Notes: generated by a model not told the origin, from the sequence alone. A DNA stretch of 64,000 nucleotides from Squalus acanthias (GCA_030390025.1 CM059433.1:22694001-22758000), one strand, 5' to 3'; positions 49,901 to 61,700 are shown, counted from the first letter of the stretch. A program made the numbers and translations.

Positions 49901-50905
49901 TTTCAATTCTGGTCCGTCGGTGTTGCGGAAGCTGCTTGCTCCATTAAGAGGGAAACTTTATTCTTTTGGTCCCTATTTGTCTAACTTCATTTTGTTTAGC
50001 CAATTTACTCAGGGTCTTTTCTCTTATTTTTAATGTCAGATCTACTGGCTTGTATACTACGGTCCTTACGCCTTTCTGCTTCCTTTTTCCAGTCTGAAAA
50101 GGCTGACCAATTTATTTACTTTTTACCTCTTCTTTGTGGGTCTCTATTTGCGAGACAGTCCTCTAGACATGTAATTCTTCTATTCTTAGTAAAGTTTTAA
50201 TTATACTAGGCATTCTTCTTCTAAATCGCAAGTTTCACCCTTTACCCCCTTACGATTATTATTAACCCTTCGGAGCTCCACAAGTGACAAACAATAACAA
50301 GAATTAACAACAATAAAGACAATGATAAGTAACGCAAAAGCCCAAACAGGCAAACAAATCAAGTAATCAGACATGAATCTTATACTTTAAACTAAACAAA
50401 TAGTCAATTCTCAGCCTGCGTTGAACGCCCCTACAAACTGAGTCCTTAACATTTAACTTATGCTTTATACGTAACTTATATTCTAAGTGAAGGCTTCTCT
50501 CTAAACCTTTCTGCCGCGAGACTCTTTTCTCCGGCTCAAGGGACCCACCCTTGATACTGCAGTTTTAACCTTTTAGCGCTTTTTCACAACCTGGTACCTT
50601 TATTAGTCCGGGACGCAACCCTGCCGACTCTCTTTCTTGCCTTCTTTGCCCGATAGTTTTGAGACTTGAGCCGTCAGAATTCTTCTCCTTTTAACGTTAA
50701 AATAAAAGAAGCAAAAGTTACAAGATTCAACTCAATTCTAAAACAGATCATCGCAGTGCTGCTGTCGGAAGAAACAGACTTACACCAATTCAGTATCTAG
50801 TGAGAAATCCTTTTAGGTGATAAAACATCACTTTTGGCCAGTTAGGATTTGTCACTAGAAATTCATAGTGTCCTCTGTCCGTGACTTACCGAGAGGTAGC
50901 AAGCG

Positions 50906-50923
50906 ATCTCGGTGGAACCTCCA
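50906..50923 (-). promoter_or_regulatory. ERV-B primer-binding site, tRNA-Gln variant (TGGAGGTTCCACCGAGAT)
   Basis: 18-nt complement of the tRNA-Gln 3' end ...GGUGGAACCUCCA, 6 nt from the 5' LTR. Confidence 0.9.
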
Positions 50924-50929
50924 AGAAAC

Positions 50930-51496
50930 TGTCAAAGTTTTACATGCCGAGTAGAACTAATTTAAACATAGAATCGTGTCAAAGAAGGCTTTTTAATAAA
51001 GTTTACTTGTTACAAGGGAAGGTTCTGACACAGTCAAGTTGCTATGTCAGAATGCTTCGAATCTTACAAGATTTGAACATACTTTATACAAAAAGAACAC
51101 AGAACAGGCCATATGACATAGCATTAAACATCCTATTAATGAGGCACAAACTTGTGAGTTATTGCATAGGTTTTCGTTATAATAACGAGCAGAAATTCCT
51201 TAAAGATCAGATAACCAGACCTTCCTTGTGGGATCCGTTTGTTCAATGTTCATTCTCTAATCTGTGGGTTGATGGCTTACCTTATCTCATCCTGAGCTGG
51301 TTAGAACTAATTGATGCCTTATTTTGCTAAGCTTTTCTTAGATAAGGAATTCTGAGTTGTCACCTCCTTGTAGCTAATTAGAATGATTTACTTATTATGG
51401 TGACTCCTACTGTCAGCCATTTTGAATTCCCTTTTTAAATTATTTTCTCAGAGAAGCCATTTTGTTTGTGTCTTAATAGTAAACTGCACTTCCACA
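50930..51496 (-). repeat. ERV-B 5' LTR (567 bp)
   Basis: Differs from 44428-44994 by only about 6 substitutions (counted by eye). Confidence 0.93.
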
Positions 51497-53275
51497 TTAG
51501 TCATGGGCATTAGTACCCAATTGGCTTGTGTATCTTACTACATAGGTTACATATATCAAATACACTATCATTACAATTGGTGGGTTTCACTCAGAGCCTT
51601 TGCTAATGCAGTTTTTAGGGTCCTATTTCTTTTAACTGCTTGCTTAATTCAAGGACATATCGGCGGATCCTGTCCTGTAAGGGTCCTAGTTCCTCTCCTC
51701 CCGTGATAATTCCATAAGGGAGTTGCATTGCTCGCCCTGTCATTAATTGTGTAACTCATACTTAAAAACGTGTTGGTTGATGGGACAGGTCCTGTTAGAC
51801 CCATTATGTTTCTCATGAGAAACATAACAACTTTATCTTTTTTTCCCAAACAAGTCAGAGTCGGCCATTTTGGATCACTCTTTGTGTCTAGGAAGCCATT
51901 TTGTGTCCGAGTCAAAATGCACTTCCACATTCCCCCCTTTTTGTCCTTCTAGGACAAAATAGCTCAATTTAACCCTTTCGGTTTTTCCTGTCGGTTCCTG
52001 TACCAAATTTGGATTTTGGCCAGGGATGCCAACTTCTTTTCTGTTTTAACCATCCTCGGGATTATACCTGTATTGATGGCTGACCTTATTTAAGATCGTC
52101 TCTCCTTTCTGTCTATCCTTAGGGTTGGGCATGTAATTCTTTCAATTCTAATTTGTCCAGTTTTAAAGTTTTATCGATATGGAAGTTATTAATGTCTGTG
52201 CCGAGACAAATAAAATCTGGGATTTGCTGAGTGAAAGGAATCTTAAAGGGAATACTGAGATCTCAGTTGTGTGAAAGTGTGTGTTAAAAGGGTCAATGTT
52301 TTTCTCACTGTGAATGTTTAAGTTTGTTAAGTTACAGTATTATTTTGTCTGAAAAATCTGCCTAAAAAAAAGGTGTCTGTCATTTTGTTTATGTTTTAGC
52401 TCCACCCACTCTTTTGTACAGAGAGCTAAAAGCTGTTTAACCCTTTGAAGACTTGTCTTGAATGATAATCAAGCGTGTGTTGGTTTAAGTTTGTTAATTG
52501 TTTTACAAAAGAGGTATAAGCTTCAGCCTTGAAGTCACAGTTACCAATGTGCCTGGAAAGAAAATTAATTTGAATGTTTACAAGGCATGGGTAATTGTTT
52601 CTTTATTAATGTGGCTATGGTTTCTTTCTTTTCCAACTGACACTGGTTAGTTTAAAAAAAAATTGATCTGGATTGAATTGGAGACATTGAGGTTAATTAA
52701 CCTATTAAAAACCAGACTTTCATTGTGCATGGTGAAATTCTGGTTGGTGTAAATTTGTGTAGACCGCATTGAATAAGATATTTAATGGTCTGAAACCAGA
52801 TTTTGAAATATTTACAGTCTTGGATCCAGAACAGGTTCTGGTCCATACCATTGGCAGAAGAATCACAAGGGGAAATTTGCTTTTACTGTCAGGGATAGAC
52901 AGGAATTTTATATCAGACTTTGCAGGGAAAGCAGAGCCGATTCAACAGTTAGTTAAAGAGGGATCCAGTAGCGAAGGCAATGCCACGATGTGTGGCTGCA
53001 ATAAATTGTGCCCCAAGAATTGAAAAAAAAACTTTGAACTACAATTTAAGTTAAGCTATTTGGCTACGGTTGCAATCTCCTTGCAAGTAAAGTAAATAAT
53101 AAAGCCTTCTTTGACGATATTGTTTCAAGAGTCTTACTCAGAAGTCGAAACTTCGACACAGGCACCCCACATGGAATTGTTGCTGCCAGCTCCTTATCAT
53201 GACTCTGGCATGAAGCCAGCACTACCCGTGCTAATTATTGGGTGCATGCCTATTAGAGGTGGCGGTGGGAAATCT

Positions 53276-53412
53276 GGCAGGAGGCCCTTGTCCAGGTGGT
53301 GGGCAGGAGGCTCTTGTCCAGGTGGTGGGCAGGAGGCCCTTGTCCAGGTGGTGGGCAGGAGGCTCTTGTCCAGGTGGTGGGCAGGAGGCTCTTGTCCAGG
53401 TGGTGGACAGGA
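53276..53412. repeat. 26-bp minisatellite x~5 inside Myb exon 1
   Basis: GGCAGGAGGC(C/T)CTTGTCCAGGTGGTG in tandem. Confidence 0.95.
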
Positions 53413-53719
53413 GGAGGGAGATCCTGTTCACCCCAAGGAGACAGAAATCCCTGCAGGCACTGCCTTCACCGCCAGAGGGAAGAGGTGGCAGAGGAGAAAC
53501 TGCCAGGAGCTTAGTTCCCAGGACATGGCTGAAATGTGGGGAAAAAGTTCAATGACCTCACCAGTGTTGTCAATGTAAGAATACCGCTGTATTATTTTCT
53601 GCACAACTCCAACACCTCCAGCATCATTACTCTTAATACTCCCGTCCCCGCTTCCCTTCACTCTCCTACAATCACCGCATCACACTTCACTACACCTCCT
53701 TCTCCTCATACTTACCACT

Positions 53720-55757
53720 ATAAGAACATAAGAAAATAAGAAATAGGAGCAGGAGTAGACCAATCGGCCCCTCGAGCCTGCTCCGCCATTCAATGAGATC
53801 ATGGCTGATCTGATCCAACCTCAACTCTAAAGAACACAAGAAGTAGAAGCAGGACCAGGCCACTCGGCCCCTGGGCCCGCTCCGCCATCCACAGGGCCTT
53901 GACCGATCCGAACTCAAACTCATTTACCAATTTCCAGCCCGCTCCCCGTAACCCCTAATTCCCTTTACTTCTAGGAAACGGTCTATTTCTGTTTTTAATT
54001 TATTTAATGAAGTAGCTTCCACAGCTTCCTGGTGTAGCAAATTCCACAGACCCACTACCCTCTGAGTGAAAAAGTTTCTCCTCATCTCAGTTTTGAAAGA
54101 GCAGCCCCTTATTCTAAGATTATGTCCCCTAGTTCTAGTTTCACCCATCATTGGGAACATCCTCACCGCGTCCACCCGATCAAGCCCCTTCACAATCTTA
54201 TATGTTTCAATAAGATCGCCTCTCATTCTTCTGAACTCCAATGAGTAGAGTCCCAATCTACTCAACCTCTCCTCGTATGTCCACCCCCTCATCCCCAGAA
54301 TTAACCGAGTGAACCTTCTTTGTACTGCCTCGAGAGCAAGTATGTCTTTTCTTAAGTATGGACACCAAAACTGTATGCAGTACTCCAGGTGCGGTCTCAC
54401 CAATACCCTATACAACTGCAGCAATACCTCCCTGTTTTTATATTCTATCCCCCTAGCAATAAAAGCCAACATTCTATTGGCTTTCTTGATCACCTGCTGC
54501 ACCTGCATACTAACTTTTTGATTTTCTTGCACCAAGACCCCCAGATCCCTTTGTACTGCAGTACTTTCCAGTTTCTCGCCATTAAGATAATGGCCCAAAA
54601 ATTCGTGAGGAAGCCTTCGTGCGAGGGTAAGGCCTCCCCGCGATCTCTCACTGCACATTGGCTTTTTCAGTTCCAGCTCGCACGAACTTGATGTTCTGGA
54701 CAGCTGCTGTGCTGGGCTTGCATATCCCACCGGCGTAGTTAATTCGTGCGAGCTGTGGGATCACGTGACTCAGTTAGAGCCAATGGCAGCACACCATCTT
54801 CCATTCATAACTTTCACATAAGTGCTGTGAAAGTTATGAATACTATAGCCCCCCAAAAGAACCGCTAAACCTCAATTAAATTTAAAAAAAAACCATCACA
54901 TTAATAAAATAAGTATAGTTAAATAAATTAACCATTTTAAATAAAAAATTAAATTTTTGAAAAAATTTAAAATCTTTTAAAAAGTTATAAAAATAAACTT
55001 ACCTGTCTTTAAAGTCTCTAAAAAAGATATACCTGTTAAAAAAAATTCAAAATAATACTTAATTCACTACTTACCTTGTTAAAAGTGGGTCTTACTCCTC
55101 CTTTTTTTATGTGTAGAATCTTCCGTACTTACCTGCGCGTTGAAACCACTAAGTGCACAGCGTGCGCGCAGCCTGTAGCGCGCACGCGGTTCACCTAGGA
55201 CCCGCCCCCTTTTCCATTCACCAAGTGCCGGTTTTCAGCGCATGCGCAGTGCATGCAGAAAACCGGCAATTGGAGACAGAATACGCGAGAGTACGCAGTG
55301 CGTACTCTCGCGTAGCGGCACTAATTTTTGGGCCAATAACTTGCTCTCTGATTTTTCCTGCCAAAGTGCATAACCTCACATTTTCCAATATTGTATTGCA
55401 TCTGCCAAATCTCTGCCCACTCACCCAGCCTGTCTATATCCCCTTGTAGGTTTTTTATGTCCTCCTCACTCTCTACTTTCCCTCCCATCTTTGTATCATC
55501 TGCAAACTTTGATATGTTACACTCGGTCCCCTCCTCCAAATCGTTAATATAGATTGTAAAGAGTTGGGGACCCAGCACCGACCCCTGCGGAACACCACTG
55601 GCTACTGGTTGCCAGTCCGAGAATGAACCATTTATCCCAACTCTCTGCTTCCTGTTAGATAACCAATCCTCCACCCATGCCAGAATATTACCCCCAATCC
55701 AGTGATTTTTTATCTTGAGTAATAATCTTTTATGTGGCACCTTGTCGAATGCCTTCT
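53720..55757 (-). mobile_element. CR1 LINE (RT through 3' UTR), interrupted by MITE M3
   Basis: SGVPQGSVLGPQLFTIYINDL...KFADDTK (55321-55740) continues as YLNGEKL...RPHLEYC (53924-54590). Confidence 0.95.
54592..55334. mobile_element. MITE family M3, copy 2, with 3-bp TSD AAT
   Basis: GGCCCAAAA...TTTTGGGCC; removing it and one AAT restores CR1 agataataac; a 3-bp TSD fits PIF/Harbinger. Confidence 0.9.
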
Positions 55758-56195
55758 ATTGCAACCCACACTTCCCCACACCTCACATCTTACACACTGT
55801 TTACCATGACAGGCACATTCACCAAACACTTCACAAGTCGGTCACAAACACACTCCCTTCTTTCTTGCAACAGAAGGTTGCACACAATCTGAAACAGGAG
55901 GCTGCTTTCATAGGAGGCCAAGCCCAACTGCTCACCCTCTCTCCTGTGGAAGAAAACAGGCTGACCACCACGGGCAAGGGAAGAACAAAAGGCCATGGTG
56001 AGTGGCAACGCTGGTGGAAACATCGCACTGTGTTTCTTCACACCTTATACTCTTTTTCCCTTCTTATTTCTATCTCACTCTAAACACTCTGCATGACAAA
56101 CTGCAGCTGCTTTCACCAGCCACTTCTCTCTCTGCTCTCCTTTCACACTAAAAGATAACCCTTGTCCCCTTCAGATGCTGAAAATGTGGAGACAC

Positions 56196-57319
56196 TGAAG
56201 GGATAATTACTAGTCCTAGCCCCTTTAGGGCTACCCCAGATCAGGCGTATTCCTCAGACGTTCACTTTCAACTAAAGTTTGAGGTAGCCGAATCCTAAAG
56301 ACGCTTAATTGAGTCTAAAGGTCCGGACTATCTCTCCCTAAAGGAAAGGAACAACCTGAAAATGTTACCGTCCTCCAGATAGCACTTTTAATAAGCTTAG
56401 CTAGACTGTAACGTTCCAGATATTATGAGGGTCCAGAAAACTCCCCCAGAATTCTGCAACTCCTCACCAAAGATTGAGTTCGCGAGTTTGATACAGAAGT
56501 ATTATATGAGATAATTCTAAAAATATATAGATTTATTAAAGAACCGACATGTATTTTACAGTTGGTGAGTCAATCGCAACCTTAACAGTTCCAAAAATAA
56601 AAAGCTTTACAATCTTATTATCAGAGATCCTTACTCTCAAATCTTAACTTCGCTACAGTTTTACAGTTCTTAGTCTTATTCAGGATATCCACCAAGATCA
56701 AATATAGTACCTTTGATCCCTGAGATACAAAGAGTTGTAGACTTACAGAGCTGTCTCTGAAGCCGAGAATTGCTTTGCCCCTTTACAGCGAGTCTGTTAT
56801 CCTATTTGAGAGTTCAATATTTATACCCTTTTCCAGTGGTATTTCCTTTAAGGTTTTCTGCTGATGTAAGCTAATTATCTCTAGTAATTTTTCTGCTGAC
56901 TTCTGCAATTCTTAGTCACCTCAGCTGGTAGCAATACAGACTTGGGTCTCTCCTCTAGGTGTTCCAAGCTTACCATAAAAAACAGTGTAACAGCAGGTGC
57001 ATTTTATTTGATGTCAATTTTACTAAGGCCTTCTGTTTGTGCCTCTTTACGAAGTGTAAATTAGAACACCTTAACCAGGGTGATCTATTGTTTGTTCCCA
57101 ACAATTCAGATTGTCAGGAGCCTTTAACCTTCTGTTTCAATAAGGTTATTGATTCAGTGTCAACAACTATCTTATCTCAATAGCCTGTATGCTGTTACAG
57201 CTTTAGATTGTTGAGGCTTCCAGATTTCCAAACCCAGTTTGTCATGTTTTAATAAGGCCAGAATTCTTTCATAGAATGGTGTATTTTTCTGAATAGGTTA
57301 TATGGCTTATTCCTTCACA
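56196..57319 (-). mobile_element. Solo LTR (~1.12 kb)
   Basis: Terminal inverted repeat TGAAGGGATAA/TTATTCCTTCA; minus-strand TATAAAA (~56825) then AATAAA (~56535); imperfect 4-bp TSD ACAC/ATAC. Confidence 0.7.
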
Positions 57320-58295
57320 ATACCTCTGCCATTTCAGGAAAAAAATGCAGCCTTCCTGAAGATGCAGTGTAACTCAATCCGACCCTAAAAGGCCAGCTCA
57401 GATACTGGCACCACACGTGTTTTAGAGGCTAGGCTAGAGGTGAGGTCTTCACATGGTGAATCATCACCCACAAGTGTGCAGGAGCCAGGATGGGGGAATA
57501 GGATGCCACAGGAACCAGCTTGTCAGAGGACGAGATCACATACTAGCTCTGCCGCAGAGGACTCAGATGCTCACTTTGAGGGCCCAGACTACTGAAGAAG
57601 GATGATGGGCACGTAACAGGAAATGCAGGGTGCACTGGGTAGCCTGCCAGCGAGATTCCACACAATGGCTCAGAGCATGGAGGAGTCCGTCTCCAACTTG
57701 TGTCAAGGCTTCGCGCAGTGCATGGAGACCATTCTGTGCAACATCGACCAGGTGGTCGACTCCATGAACAGGATAGTGGTGCCCACCATGATGGAGCCTC
57801 TGCTGACAGCTGTGACTGCTTCCATGGCAGCTAACATATGGAAGTTCAGACGGCTGCCATCTTGGCATTAAGGGCCAGTGAGATCCAGAGCATCACATTA
57901 CTCCTGCACTCTGTTCTTGTGCAAAGCAGTAGGAGTGCTGAAGTGCTGTCCCAAAGGAATAACCTGGGCTCCATAGGAGATGCAACTGCTGCCGTCTCTC
58001 AGGATGACAGCATGCAAGCTCTTCCACCAACCACTCCACCAGTGCCCTGTCACCCAGCCAGCTGGGTCAGTCTGCAGCTGTGCCTTCAAAGCCCAGAGCT
58101 GTTTGAGGTCAACCACCATGGCCACTTGAAGTGTCCTCAATGGAAGTTCAGCAACCTGCCACCACCCAAGCTGTAGCCATTGAAGAAACACTTCATAGGA
58201 GCACTAGGATAGATAAACAAGCACAGAAGACGGGCACTAAGGACTTGAACTAGGGCAATTCAGAATTATTTCAATTAACTATTAGAAAGATGGAA

Positions 58296-58650
58296 TTCAG
58301 TTGCTTAACTCTGCTGCCCTTATCCTAACTTGCACCAAGTCCCATTCACCCATCAGCCCTGTGCTCACTGACCTACATTGGCTCCTGGTTGAGCAATGCC
58401 TTGATTTCAAAATTCTCATCCTTGTTTTCAATTCCCTCCATGGCTGTGCCTCTCCCTATCTCTCTAACCTCCTCCAGCCCTACAACCCCCCGAGATATCT
58501 GCGCTCCTCCAATTCTGGTCCCTTGAGCATCCCCAATTTTAATCGTTCCTCCATTGGCAGCTGTGCCTTCACCTGCCGAGGCCTGAAGCTCTGAAATTCC
58601 TTGCAAAACTTACCTCTTTGACCAAGCTTTTGGTCATCTGCCCCAATACT
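58296..58650 (+). mobile_element. L2 LINE 3' fragment
   Basis: NSAALILT.TKS.SPISPVLTDLHWL...FKILILVFNSLHG.A.PYL...RYLRSS. Confidence 0.9.
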
Positions 58651-59006
58651 GACACTGTGTTCACTCTTTCTGTGACATACTGCCATGCCTCTTGGCTCCT
58701 CTTCCGTATCTGAGGCGTGTCTTCCCCAAATAAAAATGTATCCACCCGTTTCCATAACAGCTGACTGGAATACCCAGAGCCCGCTCAGCCAAGCAGGCTT
58801 TGCTCTCACCTTGTTGAGTCATTTTCCTCCAAATTCATGCACGCCACAGTTTTTTAACATTTATTTCACTGAACAAAGTTGCAAGCTCAGGATACACACT
58901 TTTCAAAACTAGCAGTCATGGCACAACTATAATACTGACTGCATTCCCACAACTTCATTTGTGAATTATAAATTACGAAGAATATGTCTGATTTCTAAAA
59001 ACATAT

Positions 59007-60203
59007 GGGGGAGAAGTTTCCACTTGTTTCCGCTAGTTTTGCAGCTAGACTCCAGTGCAATCTGGGCGGAATCGGCCAAACCAGGGCAAAAGATCAGGGA
59101 ATTTTAAACGTTGCACGCAAAACCACTTTACATTGATGGCCCGTATTTTCCAATCGGAGACTTCCTGCGTGCGGAGGCCTCCGATCTGGAAAAAATCTAC
59201 GCCTTACCTGAGGGCTCCAGAGGTCCAGACATTTCCGATCCTGGGCCTCTGCTCTACGAAATGCGCAGGGCCCACGTATGCCAGGGGCGCATGCGGTTCG
59301 CAAGAGTCCCTGGGATCACGTGGGCCATGGGGAACTAATGAAAGAAGGGAATCCCCCTTCATACTTTTGACAGGTCTCTCAGCTTAGACCCGTCAAAAGT
59401 ATGAATGGAGATCACTCCAAAAACACATCAAAACATTAAATATATATATTTTTTAAATCACATTTTTAAAATTAGTTAAAATTACATTAAATTAAATATT
59501 TTAAACAAAAATTTTATTAAATTAAAGTTTTTTACGGGGTTAAAAATAAACTTACCTTTTTTAAAAGTAGGGATCGGAAAATACGGGCCAGTGTTTTCTG
59601 CAATCATTTACATGATTCAAGATTCAATTCATCCAGATCAGGGCCCGGCCACAAACCTGGCCAGGCCCTCACGTCAAACTTGAGCGATTCCGCCGAATGC
59701 GTGGTTCGGGAAGGCTCTTCAAATTGCTCTCATTTTCTTAGGCGCGCAGACACTAGTAGGCATGTTTTAAAAGCTTTTTCATATCAAAAAATATCTAATT
59801 TACTAAGAAATTGACTAGTGCATACCAATGAAACTATTAAATTGTTCAGTATAGTTTTGTTTAAGTTCATTTCAGTGATTTTAAATCAGGTTGTTCACAG
59901 GCGGAGGACGGGACACCCTTATTAAAAATGCTTATTTTTGGGGATAAACCCATTTTCAGCTGTATTAATAAAGCTGTATCAGGTCACCGCTCTTAAATAC
60001 ATCAAGCAATACTTCTTAATGGAAAGAGACAAAAAGGAAACGGTTACCTTCTATTGCATTGCCCAATTGTGCTGGTTTATGGAAGATTTTATGTGGTTAT
60101 GCAAATGAATGTTAATGGAACCTTGAAGCATAACCTAACCAGCACAATTTCAAGCACATTTTGGGTGCAATTTCCCGATTGCACCCAAAGTGGAAATTCT
60201 ACC
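59007..60203. mobile_element. TIR element family M4 containing an internally deleted M2 MITE (59138-59589)
   Basis: Inverted homolog of 32974-33665; the inner element has perfect 14-bp TIRs GGCCCGTATTTTCC/GGAAAATACGGGCC. Confidence 0.75.
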
Positions 60204-60911
60204 ACCGATTTTGTTAGAGGAAATGAAAGAGAGCATCTAATTAAACAATAATTCCTGTGATCCCACAATTTAATTAGTAGATCAAAAGTTATGATTAAAA
60301 ACTGACATTTTATTTTTGAGCAGCTGAAAATATATCCCTTGCTAAGTACAATTTAAATCAAACTATTAGGGGCAGATGTGACTAAAGTAAGGCAGCCTCC
60401 AATCTTGTGTTTTGGATTCCCTTAAGCTCCATTTGGACAGTAAGTCACGATTAAAGGTTTAGATATGGCTGGTGTTCACTCACTCTTTAGTTGTCTTATT
60501 TAGTTCCACGCTACCTAACATAACCAGGGATTTTATTCAGTCACTGATGCTTTACAGAAGAAAGCAAGCAGAAGCTGTAGACAGAGAGGATAAGAGAATA
60601 CCTTTTCCAGTTAATCTATAGGCCAACAACTGACTGTTTAGCATTGCAGACGCAGCGGATTAAATTGAGCTGCATGGCTTCCTTTCGGCCTAAAATATCA
60701 GGTAGGAAGCGCGTGCACACCTCTGGCCAGAAGTGCGCCACCCGCCATATTGGGTACGGACAAAGAGGTGTCCTTTACCCTAGTCTCTTTGCAAATGCAA
60801 ATAAGAGACCTAATGCATGCTTCAGATCCCTGCTACAATATTGATTTGCCCTGTGGAAGTTCCTCAGAGAAAACCAACCCTAAACATTGCATAAGTAAAA
60901 AAAGGTAAGTA

Positions 60912-61700
60912 TAGAGTCATATTATACAGCACAGAAAGAGGCCCTTGGGCCCATTCTGTCCGCGCCGGCCATCAAGCCCTATCTATTCTAATCCCATTTT
61001 CCAGCACTTGGCCCGTAGCCTTGTATGCTATGGCGTTTCAAGTGCTCATCTAAATGCTTCTTGAATGTTGTGAGGGTTCCTGCCTCTACCACCCTTTCAG
61101 GCAGTGAGTTCCAGATTCCAACCAACCTCTGGGTGAAAACGTTCTTCCTCAAATCCCCTCTAAACCTCCTGCCCCTTACCTTGAAACTATGCTCCCTGGT
61201 TATTGACCCCTCTACTAAGGGGAAAAGTTCCTTTCTATCTACCCTATCTATGCCCCTCATAATTTTGTACACCTCAATCAGGTCCCCCCTTAGCCTTCTC
61301 TGCTCCAAGGAAAACAACCCCAGCCTGTCCAGTCTCTCTTCATAGCTGAAGCGCTCCAGCCCAGGTAACATCCTGGTGAATCTCCTCTGCACCCTCTCCA
61401 ATGCAATCACATCCCTCCTATAGTGTGGCGACCAGAACTGCACACAGTATTCCAGCTGTGGCCTAACTAGCGTTTTGTACAGCTCCATCATAACCTCCCT
61501 GCTCTTATATTCTATGCCTCGGCTAATGAAGGCAAGTATCCCATATGCCTTTTTAACCACCTTATCTACCTGTCCTGCTGCCTTCAGGGATCTATGTACT
61601 GTACATGCACACCAAGGTCCCTCTGATCCTCTGTCCCTCTGTCCTTCCTAGGGTCCTACCATTCATTGTGTATTCCCTTGCCTTGTTAGTCCTCCCAAAA
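60912..61700 (-). mobile_element. CR1 LINE, 5'-truncated
   Basis: ORF 60988-61560 with CR1 RT C-terminal motifs. Confidence 0.95.

Larger units (their letters stand above)
44428..51496 (-). mobile_element. Endogenous retrovirus B, defective provirus with two LTRs, nested in ERV-A
   Basis: LTRs 44428-44994 and 50930-51496; TSD TTAG at 44424-44427 and 51497-51500; PBS, gag, IN, env and PPT in order on the minus strand. Confidence 0.93.
42378..53158 (+). mobile_element. Endogenous retrovirus A (defective, internally rearranged), host of nested provirus B
   Basis: Begins TGTGGAAG, ends AAACTTCGACA; 4-bp TSD CAGG at 42374-42377 and 53159-53162. Confidence 0.85.
53163..58200 (+). pseudogene. Harbinger Myb/SANT-like accessory gene relic, in three exon-like pieces separated by insertions
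   Basis: EALVQVVDRRREILF...ARSLVPRTWLKCG/KKFNDLT then a GTAAGA donor (53575); cag|KVAHNLKQE...GGQAQLLTLSPVEE (55874); MQGALGSLP...MEESVSNLCQGFAQ (57623). Confidence 0.7.

Noticed and set aside
50906..50923. tRNA-Gln gene fragment
   Set aside because: Only the 3' 18 nt including CCA, next to an LTR; it is a PBS
53924..54730. 268-aa ORF as an intact gene
   Set aside because: Chance fusion of MITE sequence to the CR1 RT C-terminus
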